Source of the DNA: Candidatus Multivoradales bacterium | GTDB taxonomy: Bacteria > Acidobacteriota > Thermoanaerobaculia > Multivoradales > J023 | Length of the DNA: 64,000 bases | Direction: 5' to 3' | NCBI GenBank assembly: GCA_965248925.1 | Contig: CBDFLE010000006.1 | Location: 2,624,001 to 2,688,000, forward strand | Part shown: positions 20,506-28,844 of the stretch, in pieces | Layout of the letters: each line of letters begins with the position of its first letter | Position numbering within the stretch: the stretch's first letter is position 1 | Position numbers and translations under genes: made by a program | The notes under the pieces: model-generated | Seen by the model: the letters and a program-made list of their open reading frames with translations, nothing else | Told to the model about the DNA's origin: nothing | Databases searched by the model: none

Positions 20506-21504
20506 GTGTCATCACCAGCCAACAATTCTTCACTGGCCAGCAGGTCTTCACCGACCCACCCGTCGGCGACAGAAACCCGGGTGTTCGCGCCGGGCTCGGT
20601 TTCGAACGTCGGCTGCGGCTTCGACGTGTTGGGGTTTGCGGTCGATGGCCCTGGTGACCTGGTAGTCGCTCGCCGGCAGGCAGGGCGGGGGGTGCGGATC
20701 CGGCGCATCGAGGGCGATGGCGGGGTCTTGCCCAGGGCTGCCGAGTGCAACACCGCCAGCGTCGCCGCGGCAGCGGTCTTGAGTGCCAGCGGCCGCCTGG
20801 AAGTTGGCGTTGAGCTGGAAATCTTCAAACAGATGCCCCTGTCCAGCGGTCTCGGTTCGAGCGCCGCCAGCGCGGTCGCGGCGGCGCTCGCCACCAGCCG
20901 GTTGCTGGGACTCGACGACGATCGAGAAATGTTGCTGCGAGCAGCGCTCGAGGGCGAGCAGGTGGCCAGCGGCGGCTTGCATCCGGACAATGTTGCGCCG
21001 AGCCTCTATGGTGGTTTCGTGCTGGCCCGCGGCGTCGATCCACCGCAGGTGACCGAGCTGCCGGTGCCAGCGGGGCTGACCTGTGCTTTGGTGCGGGCGC
21101 ATGTTGAGGTCGCCACCAGGGAATCGCGGGCCTTGCTCGGCGACAGCGTAAGACTGCGCGACGCGGTACGCCAATGGGGCAACCTTGGGGGCTTGGTGGC
21201 AGCCCTCTACCGCGGCGACTTCGAACTTCTGTCGAGCTGTCTCCACGACACCATCGCCGAACCGTTGCGCGGCCCCGGCGTAGCTGGTTTCGCCGCCGCC
21301 AAGACGGCCGCCATCGAGGCGGGCGCTCTGGGTTGCAGCCTGTCGGGCTCGGGTCCCTCGGTATTTGCCCTCTGCCGCACGCCGGCCGAGGCAGAAACGG
21401 TGAGCCTGGCGATGGCGACGGCGGTCGAGACCCAGGGGCTGCCCTGCGATCGCCTGGTCTCGCCGGTCGGCGCCCGAGGCGCCCACCAGCTGACCACCTC
21501 TTAG
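20506..21504 (+). CDS. thrB: Homoserine kinase
   Basis: SVSNVGCGFDVLG, PLSSGLGSSAAS (GHMP motif), HPDNVAP, LSGSGPS. Confidence 0.95.
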   Translation: MSSPANNSSLASRSSPTHPSATETRVFAPGSVSNVGCGFDVLGFAVDGPGDLVVARRQAGRGVRIRRIEGDGGVLPRAAECNTASVAAAAVLSASGRLEVGVELEIFKQMPLSSGLGSSAASAVAAALATSRLLGLDDDREMLLRAALEGEQVASGGLHPDNVAPSLYGGFVLARGVDPPQVTELPVPAGLTCALVRAHVEVATRESRALLGDSVRLRDAVRQWGNLGGLVAALYRGDFELLSSCLHDTIAEPLRGPGVAGFAAAKTAAIEAGALGCSLSGSGPSVFALCRTPAEAETVSLAMATAVETQGLPCDRLVSPVGARGAHQLTTS

Positions 21505-21762
21505 CGAGCTAGCACATCGAAATGCGCATTGATCAGCGCTCTCTTGAGCTTGCCCGGCAAGCTGCCGATACGAGCTTGCGGCCTCAGATGGAGCAGCACG
21601 GCCACGAATGACGATGGGCACTTGGTGAGCAAATGTCCTCTTTTCCTGCACTGGATATCCACGCTATCCAGAGGATCGGCGGTACTCCGTAAAGACAACC
21701 GGCCAGCGACCACGGCGGGGGATTGCGCCGCATGCTGACGGCCGCGGCCGGCGGGCGATGAA

Positions 21763-21884
21763 GTGAGGGCGGATTCCCTCACCGCGCCCTAACGCAGTAC
21801 TGCCGATAAGGAGCCCGGCCGGGGATCGCGAGGGGAAGGGGCGCGAGCGTCCAGGCGCTCGCACTGTTGACCCCCGGCCGGGCT
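21763..21884. other. Cluster of nested inverted repeats
   Basis: GTGAGGG/CCCTCAC hairpin; GCAGTACTGC palindrome; 13-bp stem 21812-21824/21872-21884 enclosing GCGAGCG/CGCTCGC. Confidence 0.6.
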
Positions 21885-21921
21885 GCAGGACCCACCTGCT
21901 TGGAGGGACTTGTTCCGAGCC

Positions 21922-22269
21922 TCACTCAATGGAATTGGCGGCTTGGCGCATTGCGGCAAGCCAGGCGTTGACGGTCTGGTCGCCGTGGCTGGCGGCCACC
22001 AGATAGCCCGCGATCAGGGCCACCGTGGCTCGGTCCCCGACCGCCAGGATCTCGGTGAATCTGAGCTGTCGGCGACCGTTCCAGATCGACCACACGGCCA
22101 GGGTCAAGACTCTCTCCATCGGTGGCGCCCGGTCGATCTCTGAGAGATGCTAATAGGCGGCGTTCGTTGGACCCTTCGAACCCCAGAGTTCGGCGCGGCC
22201 GATGCGATCGAGTAACACGCGGCAGACGGCAAGACGTAGATTCGAGTCAACCATTTCGGAAACCCCCAT
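21922..22269 (-). pseudogene. Hypothetical protein with an in-frame TAG
   Basis: MGVSEMVDSNLRLAVCRVLLDRIGRAELWGSKGPTNAAY*HLSEIDRAPPMERVLTLAVWSIWNG...; TAG at 22150-22152. Confidence 0.6.
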
Positions 22270-22299
22270 GGTGATCAGTCGGTGTCGGCTGTGGCCACA

Positions 22300-22779
22300 T
22301 CATCCGCGTCGAGTGGGCTGGCTGATCCCTGGGAAATGCCACCCCACTAGCTCGGCCGGGTTCTGCCAGAAGCGCCGCGAGGCCAGCGAGCAGGACGGCT
22401 CGCCGGCGACCATCTCCAGCACATCGAGCACCGGGATGGACTCCCGGCGGGCCGCCACCGCTACCGGCAGGACGGCGGCCAAGTCATCGTTCGAGAGCCG
22501 AGCGCTCGACCACAGCAGCAGCGCGCCGGCGCCCGCTCGACAGCCAGCCTCGACGACGACCCAGCGATCAAGCGCCGGTAAACTCCCAACGCGAGCATGA
22601 GCGAACGGCACCCTCTGTCGATCGAGGATGACGATGCCGGCGGGGCCACGCAACGGCGACACCAGCAAAGCACCCTCGGCCGCGGAGATCACCGGCCCTT
22701 GGGTCCACAGCTCGCCGAGTGGCAGAGGCGCCGGGATCAGCGGTCGACCGCGCTCCCAGACCAACGTTTGAGCGCTCAC
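22300..22779 (-). CDS. Hypothetical protein
   Basis: Start overlaps the stop of the upstream ORF; part of a translationally coupled run. Confidence 0.6.
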   Translation of the reverse strand: MSAQTLVWERGRPLIPAPLPLGELWTQGPVISAAEGALLVSPLRGPAGIVILDRQRVPFAHARVGSLPALDRWVVVEAGCRAGAGALLLWSSARLSNDDLAAVLPVAVAARRESIPVLDVLEMVAGEPSCSLASRRFWQNPAELVGWHFPGISQPTRRG

Positions 22780-23312
22780 AGCTCACCATCCGGAGCGCGC
22801 GAGATCTTGACCAGCTCGGTGCCGGCTTGGCGTAGGAACTCCAGGGCTGGCGCGAGCCGCACGCACGGTGGCAAGATGGCGAGATCTCGCTGCGCTTCGA
22901 TCGAGTACCGAAGCGCGGCAAGGACACCCATCCGGACCTCACCAGCTGCCAGCACCGATCGATCGATCCGCAGGTTCGCGGCTGTGCGCCAGCTCGGTAG
23001 CTGGAGGTCGGCCGCGGCTGCGTCCGCTGGCGTCCACAACCGGTCAGCAGGCCCCTGGCCGAGAATCAGGAAGGAATCGAGGGTGGCCCGCAGATCGGCG
23101 ACCAGCGAGCCGTAGCCACCGAGGGGAAACGCCTCGGCCGGGGCGCCGTCTGCCGGGTCGTCGGGTAGTGCGCCGGGCGGCATCGGAGCCAGCGGCACCG
23201 ACACCCACGCCCGCACCAAGGCGCGCTCGGCAGCCACTAGCGCCATCGCCGCCTCGAGAACGGCTGCGCGCAGCTGCTGCGGCAACACTGGATAGACCAG
23301 CGGAGCGCTCAT
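22776..23312 (-). CDS. Hypothetical helical protein
   Basis: ATGA overlap with the upstream ORF; amphipathic helices. Confidence 0.65.
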   Translation of the reverse strand: MSAPLVYPVLPQQLRAAVLEAAMALVAAERALVRAWVSVPLAPMPPGALPDDPADGAPAEAFPLGGYGSLVADLRATLDSFLILGQGPADRLWTPADAAAADLQLPSWRTAANLRIDRSVLAAGEVRMGVLAALRYSIEAQRDLAILPPCVRLAPALEFLRQAGTELVKISRAPDGEL

Positions 23313-23785
23313 GCGTCGGACTCTCCACTGTCATCGGTGCCGGCTCGCCGGCTGGCGAGCAGCTCGGCCAAGCCGGGAACTTGGGGTGGTTCTCCGGGAA
23401 GATCGATAGGGCCGGGACCGCCCGCGGTGAGGGTGATCGCAATCAGGCGGTCGCTCAGCTTGTCTAGCTCACTGATCACGCCGCGCAGCTGGCACCAGAG
23501 AGTAGCCCGAACCCCAGCCGCGGCTTCGTCCTCCCCATCGTCGACCAACAGCCCCAGCGCCTGCCGTTGGAGCACGGCGCGAAGCTGGTCAAGGGTCTGA
23601 GCGACGCCAGCGGCCGAGCGCTGAGCCTGTCGAGCGGTCACCAGGCCGGCCGGGTCAGGCACCGGGCGGGGAGTCTCTATCAGAGAATCGACAACGGCGA
23701 AGGCTCGATCGGTCATCCCAGCAGCGGCCACCGTCGCCAGATCGACCAACGCCGCCAGATCGTCACGTAAACCAGGCGGGATCAC
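23309..23785 (-). CDS. Hypothetical helical protein
   Basis: GTGA overlap with the upstream ORF. Confidence 0.6.
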   Translation of the reverse strand: MIPPGLRDDLAALVDLATVAAAGMTDRAFAVVDSLIETPRPVPDPAGLVTARQAQRSAAGVAQTLDQLRAVLQRQALGLLVDDGEDEAAAGVRATLWCQLRGVISELDKLSDRLIAITLTAGGPGPIDLPGEPPQVPGLAELLASRRAGTDDSGESDA

Positions 23786-24385
23786 TGCACGGCCCTCAGC
23801 TGCTGGCCCATCGACCTCACCAGCTCGGCCAATCCGGCGCGTCGATCGGCACCCCGATGCTCTAGCCACTGCTCGACCCGCGAGTCCTCCGAGATCTCGG
23901 CCGCATCTCTCAGCAGACCGATCGACTGACCGACCTGCTCAGTTGCCAGCTCCACCGTGCCGAGCATGGCCTGCAAGAGGGTTGGCGGCCGAAGCTCCGC
24001 GCTCGCCAGCTCTCGCTTGTCAGAGCCGCCACGATGGGTTAGCACGGTGGGCGGATCTGGGAGCGCTGCCAGCAGATCGGCCAGCTTGCCTTCCACCCGC
24101 CGCAGTTCGGCGGCCACCTCCAGCATCTCCGCCCGCGCGTGGCTCTCGAGCTGCTCTGGCGCAGCAGCTTCTCGGATCAGTTGTGGGTCGCTCATGGGTC
24201 GCACTGTAGGCGCAGCACAGCGAGTCGAGGCCAGGAAAAAAGCAGCAGGGCATCCAAGCACTGGCCGACCGGAGAGGTCGCTCAGACTGGAAAGAGGCAC
24301 CTATACCTGCCTGCCCAGGCGATTTACCACATAAGTAGGTTAAGGTAGTTAGACTATTTACAGGTTCTGACCACTAGCCAGTATT
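23775..24385. repeat. Direct repeat of about 600 bp, copy 1 (copy 2 at about 27056-27666)
   Basis: Colinear match covering the 137-aa ORF and its upstream region up to caggttctgacca...gccagtatt. Confidence 0.93.
23782..24195 (-). CDS. Hypothetical helical protein, copy 1 (137 aa)
   Basis: MSDPQLIREAAAPE...; differs from copy 2 at 14 of 137 aa. Confidence 0.7.
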   Translation of the reverse strand: MSDPQLIREAAAPEQLESHARAEMLEVAAELRRVEGKLADLLAALPDPPTVLTHRGGSDKRELASAELRPPTLLQAMLGTVELATEQVGQSIGLLRDAAEISEDSRVEQWLEHRGADRRAGLAELVRSMGQQLRAVQ

Positions 24386-24405
24386 TCGCGGGGGGTTATC
24401 CAGGG

Positions 24406-24957
24406 ATGAAACCAAGCGAGACTGCACGCCTTGATGCTGCCAAGGCTCGCGAGCGGATTCGCCAGCTGGTCAAGCTTCACCGAGGGTGTCAGCACGAGAT
24501 GGACCGGGCCAGCGGCCATGGGGATCGATGGTATCGACGGATGCTCGGTCGGCCAACGCGCCGATTTACCCTCATTCAGTTTCTTGCCGGCGCTCGCGGT
24601 CTTGATCTCGACCCGGCCGAGCTGGTGGCCGAGATCACCACCCCCGGCCCGGCCGAGCTGCTCAGGAACGCTCGCGAGGCAGTCCACGGCCAGCGCACAC
24701 CGCCGGTGTGGGAGATCGTGGCAACACGTCCGAAGCCCAAGACTCCGGAAGAGACCTCAGAGGAGGGGGCCAAGACCCAGGCCGAGACTCCGGAGATGCT
24801 GTTACTAGCGCGACTCGAAAAACACGTCGAACCACGTTCTACACTTCCGAACGCCGAGACGACCGGAGCAGGTCGCGTGAGACTCGGCCGGGAACGTGTT
24901 GCCGCACTTATCGGCCTTGTCGGTCCTTTGGACGCCGCCGAGCGATTCGACGCCTAG
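24406..24957 (+). CDS. Putative XRE-like helix-turn-helix regulator; C-terminus possibly truncated or read-through
   Basis: RIRQLVKLHRGCQHEMDRASGHGDRWYRRML...TLIQFLAGARGLDLDPAELV; divergent from the operon; last 153 bp overlap the convergent gene. Confidence 0.5.
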   Translation: MKPSETARLDAAKARERIRQLVKLHRGCQHEMDRASGHGDRWYRRMLGRPTRRFTLIQFLAGARGLDLDPAELVAEITTPGPAELLRNAREAVHGQRTPPVWEIVATRPKPKTPEETSEEGAKTQAETPEMLLLARLEKHVEPRSTLPNAETTGAGRVRLGRERVAALIGLVGPLDAAERFDA

Positions 24958-26102
24958 ACTCTGGAACGGCAATATTTCGCTGAAGTCGATTCGGCCGTCG
25001 CCTTCTTGGTCGCTCCAAACGTCGAGAGCCATTCCGCAGGCGTCGAAATCGATCTTTTCAACAGCTCCAGGCTCGAGACCACAGTAAGCGGCCAGAGCCT
25101 CGAAACCGTGAGCGTAGGGGAAGCCTCTGCGCGGGCCTTGGGTGACGTTGCCGAAGAAATGACGCCAGGGCTCCGGAGTCACTGAGCGGCCGGCCGCCAG
25201 GCGGACCACATCGGCATTGCTCAGGGCGACAACGAAAGCAACCTCGCTTCCGGGCTCTGTCCATGCGGTGCAGGTCACGACGCCATCGCCTTTCCAATCA
25301 AGGCAGACCGTAGGCGTCGTCGAGGAACAGAAACCCCGCTTCCGCCAGCTCGGATTATGACCAGCAACCGAGAAGTAGTCCGGCAGGTAGAGCACCAAAG
25401 GGCTGTTCGTCAGCACACAGTGGCAGGCTCGGCATTCCCACGTTCCAAACTCCGGTGTGCCAAAGAGGTTGTCGCATTGTGAGGCGGAACTGCAATTGCA
25501 CGTTAGCGGCGGTGGCGGTACCTCCGGGGCCGTCATCCAAAGGTCATCGATAGCGGCACAGTCGGCAGCGCTTGGCCTCAGCCCTTAGGGAACGTCGGCA
25601 ATGGTGTCGATCATGATGTTACGGGTACAAGGGCTGTGGTCAAGGCCGAGAAGGTGGCCTATCTCGTGGGCTATGGCCTCTGTGTAGTTGCCGGTGCAGT
25701 TGGTTCCGTCTCGGGTTTCCTCGAAGATCTCAATTGTCCCCCCTACTAGCTGCGTTGCCGGCGGGGGTCGGGTAGCGGTCCCGCAGACGTCCGGCCTGTC
25801 GCTTTCCTCCTTGCTGGGCGCTCCGGAGTTGAAATTGACATTGAACCTTACGGGGCTATTTGCCGTCTTGCTCAAGGTGGGCACCCCTGAACCGCAAGTC
25901 GAATTCCATTGACCCATAGCCTCATTCAGCGCAGCGCCGTTGGCCATGTTGAAATTGTCGCCTCCGGGTATGACTCGAATAGCAAGTGTCGGCGACGTTG
26001 CCCTAATTTGGGGCAAAACCCTTTGACAGGCTGCCTCAGATGGGACGGCGCCAGCGTCAGGAAAGCGAACGCTAGGGCCGGCAGAGCTAGCCGGCTGCTC
26101 AT
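24805..26102 (-). pseudogene. Secreted metzincin (matrixin-like) metalloprotease with a Cys-rich linker and a C-terminal SPLVL/DGDG-type domain, broken by a frameshift and a stop
   Basis: Signal peptide MSSRLALPALAFAFLTLAPS, then a 1-nt frameshift near 26043; HEIGHLLGLDH plus Met-turn NIM; in-frame TAA 25585-25587; frame continues GLRPSAADCAAIDDLWM...SPLVL...GFEALA...WSDQEGDG...DKCGN. Confidence 0.8.
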
Positions 26103-26887
26103 GGCTGTTCCGCGCGGAGTAGTTCGCCGAGCGTCGGCAGCTGTTTGGCCAGGTCTTTCGGCTCGACGGTGTAGTACAGCAACTTGCCGAAGAAGCTGCC
26201 GTCTGCAAAGATCAGCGCTGAGGAGTCGACTCCCTAGATAGGCTGGCCGCCGATCACCCCCCTCCAATCTGTCCAAGCTTGGAACAGCAGAAACTCTTCA
26301 CCGTGGGGGATCTGGCGCTCTCCTAGGCACAGCGCTCGGCCTTCAATGACCATGCGCGTGTAGTGCGCGAACAGGTAGAAGCCGCGACGCGGTACGCCCT
26401 CTTTGCTGGTCTCCTTCAGGATCGATTGGACTTCGACCTCTAGCATCTCGCCAGGGCGACCATTGAGAAATCCAGCTTTCGAGTCCAGCACCCGAGCCCT
26501 GGTGAGATCCGAGGACATCGCGACCAGCTCCACTAGGTCTTTGGCCTTCTTGCCGTAGTAGTAGGACCGCCATAGGGGCTCACAGGAAATCAGCGTGCCG
26601 GCCGGCGCAACCTTGGAATCCTTCGCAGCGGCATATTGATCCAGCTCGACTATCAGGTTCGGCCACCATTTGAACAAGTGACCGACCGATTCCAAGCGCG
26701 AGCCGATCGGCTGGCCTTTGGCGTCCATCGCCGCCCGCAGAGCGTCCTCTGAGATCCAGGCAGGCGGCCCACTGGGGTCTCCGGCTTTCTGTATGGTGTC
26801 GGGGATGCCGGCGGCAAACCCAGCGCTGCCCGCTCCCATGAAAAGAAAGGAAAATAATAGAGCTGCCGCAGTGGTCTGATACTTCAT
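26099..26887 (-). pseudogene. Secreted hypothetical protein with an in-frame TAG
   Basis: GGGAGG RBS; signal peptide MKYQTTAAALLFSFLFMGAGSAGFA; TAG 26234-26236, then the frame stays open (GVDSSALIFADG...RAEQP) to a TGA overlapping the protease ATG. Confidence 0.75.
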
Positions 26888-27062
26888 CTTCGAACCTCCC
26901 ATTTGTTGGCTCGCCCCGGTGTGAGGCAAAGTCGTTCCATCTGCGCAAACCAAGCTAACATCGATCAACCTCCCATGGTGGTCAGAATCGACCGTCGGAC
27001 CGGCCGGTTCGATGAGTCCTTCTTTGTCAGATTGCACAATTCGGTGCGGCGGGCGGGCAGGA

Positions 27063-27476
27063 TCACAGCACGGCCCTCAGCTGCTGGCCCATCGACCTCA
27101 CCAGCGTGGCCAATCCGGCGCGTCGATCGGCACCCCGATGCTCTAGCCACTGCTCGACCAGCGAGTTCTCCGAGATCTCGGCCGCATCTCTCAGCAGACC
27201 GATCGACTGACCGACCTGATCAGTTGCCAGTTCCGCCGTGCCGAGCATGGCCTGCAAGAGGGTTGGCGGCCGAAGCTCGGCGGTCGCCAGCTCTCGCTTG
27301 TCAGAGCCGCCACGATGGGTCGGCCCGGTGGGCGGATCTGGGAGCGCTGCCAGCAGGTCGGCCAGCTTGCCTTCCACCCGCCGCAGTTCGGCGGCGACCC
27401 CCAGCATCACCGCCCGCGGGTGGCTCTCGAGCTGCTCTGGCGAAGCAGCTTCTCGGATCGGTTGTGGGTCGCTCAT
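27063..27476 (-). CDS. Hypothetical helical protein, copy 2
   Basis: MSDPQPIREAASPE...; near-identical to 23782-24195. Confidence 0.65.
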   Translation of the reverse strand: MSDPQPIREAASPEQLESHPRAVMLGVAAELRRVEGKLADLLAALPDPPTGPTHRGGSDKRELATAELRPPTLLQAMLGTAELATDQVGQSIGLLRDAAEISENSLVEQWLEHRGADRRAGLATLVRSMGQQLRAVL

Positions 27477-27674
27477 GGGTCGCACTGTAGGAGCAGCACA
27501 GCGAATCGAGGCCAAGAAAAAAGCAGCGGGGCATTCAGGCACCGGCCGACTGGAGAGGTCGCTCAGAGTGGAAGGAGGCACCTATACATGCCCTCCCAGC
27601 CGATTCGCCAATTAAATAGGCCAAAACAGCTTGACTACTCTCAGGTTCTGACCATTTGCCAGTATTGGTACTCG

Positions 27675-27806
27675 CTCTACCGCACGCCGGCCGAAGCAGC
27701 AGCGGTGAGCATGGCGATGGCGGCCGCCGTCGAGGCCCAGGGACTGCACTGCGATCGACGGTTCTCGCCGGTCGGCGCCCGGGGCGCCCACCAGCTGACC
27801 ACCTGA
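27675..27806 (+). pseudogene. thrB: Displaced, diverged 3' end of thrB
   Basis: LYRTPAEAAAVSMAMAAAVEAQGLHCDRRFSPVGARGAHQLTT*; 115 of 130 nt identical to 21370-21499 with no gaps (manual count). Confidence 0.92.
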
Positions 27807-27958
27807 CCGATCCAAATCGGACGGGGGTAAGCACCGCGCCTGCCACCGAGCTTCTGGGCGAGCGGAGGTTCCAGCTTCCGGTCCCTCGGGCCGCGCGATA
27901 GACTGTCCCAGACGTTGAAAGCGCTCCCCAAACGCAACCGCGGCTCACAGAAAATCCG

Positions 27959-28798
27959 ATGAAGATCTACAAAGTCCTTCCCGACCTGTCAAGAAAACGC
28001 CACATGAAGATCTGGCATAAGGCGCTGCGCTCGCAGTGGTCAGCGGCCGATCTCGACTGGCAAACTCCGCATCGCATCACCAGCCGGCGCTTCAAGGATC
28101 AGCTCGGCCGCCTGCTGACGCCGATCTTGATGGGCGAGCAGGCAGCGCTGTATTCGGTGTCCGGGTTGATCCCGGTCCTCGGCCAACGGGCGGAGGTCGA
28201 GAGCCAGCTCTACCTCACTACCTGGGCGGTCGACGAAGGTCGCCACACCGAACTCTTCACCCTCTTCTACCATCGCCTTGATCGCGAGCCGATGTCGATC
28301 CGCCACTTCCCGGCCGGCTATCTGTTCCAGAGCTACATCGTCTCCAAGGAGCCGGCCGAGTGGCTGGCCGGCGTGCTGGTCAGCGAGGTCCTGGCCAAGC
28401 TGGTGTTGGAGGAGTTCAAACGTCTTGACCTCGATCCCCTGCTGTCCGACATCGCCGATGGAATTCTCAAGGATGAAGCGCGCCACCTCGGCTTCAACCA
28501 CATCTACCTCGAAGACCACTTCAGCGATCTCTTCACCGAAGGCGCCGAGGGAGCCGGCAAGGCGTATTCGGTGAAATTGCAACAGCGCATCGAGCATGTG
28601 CTCGAAGGGGTGCCGCCGATGTTCGATGGACTAGCCGAAGAAATGGCTGAAATTGGTATCGACAGAGAGAAGCTCTACCATGATCTGCGCTCCGAGGCCG
28701 CCTGGCGACTCGACAAATCGGTTGTTGCCGGCGAGCGGATAGCCGCTGGCAAAGCTGAAGCCAGCGACCTCGACGCGGCGATTTCGATAACCCGTTAG
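27959..28798 (+). CDS. Ferritin-like diiron-carboxylate enzyme (AurF / acyl-ACP desaturase / R2-like fold)
   Basis: QWSAADLDW; ligand pattern E(QAA)...DEGRH...SE(VLA)...DEARH. Confidence 0.8.
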   Translation: MKIYKVLPDLSRKRHMKIWHKALRSQWSAADLDWQTPHRITSRRFKDQLGRLLTPILMGEQAALYSVSGLIPVLGQRAEVESQLYLTTWAVDEGRHTELFTLFYHRLDREPMSIRHFPAGYLFQSYIVSKEPAEWLAGVLVSEVLAKLVLEEFKRLDLDPLLSDIADGILKDEARHLGFNHIYLEDHFSDLFTEGAEGAGKAYSVKLQQRIEHVLEGVPPMFDGLAEEMAEIGIDREKLYHDLRSEAAWRLDKSVVAGERIAAGKAEASDLDAAISITR

Positions 28799-28844
28799 GA
28801 AATTCGCCCGCCTGGCGCCGGTTGCAGGCGCGTCCCCTACCGCG

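Larger units (their letters stand above)
21505..27674. mobile_element. Integrase-free, partly decayed genomic island at the thrB 3' end
   Basis: Bracketed by thrB 21370-21499 and its diverged copy 27675-27804; contains hypothetical genes, pseudogenes and an internal duplication. Confidence 0.75.

Noticed and set aside
21783-21845. Twister or hammerhead ribozyme
   Set aside because: Only partial resemblance (TAACGCAG, AGCCCGG); the conserved cores are missing
22150-26236. Stop-codon recoding (TAG read-through) in the island
   Set aside because: The lesions also include a TAA and a frameshift, and many core genes end in TAG; ordinary decay is the simpler explanation
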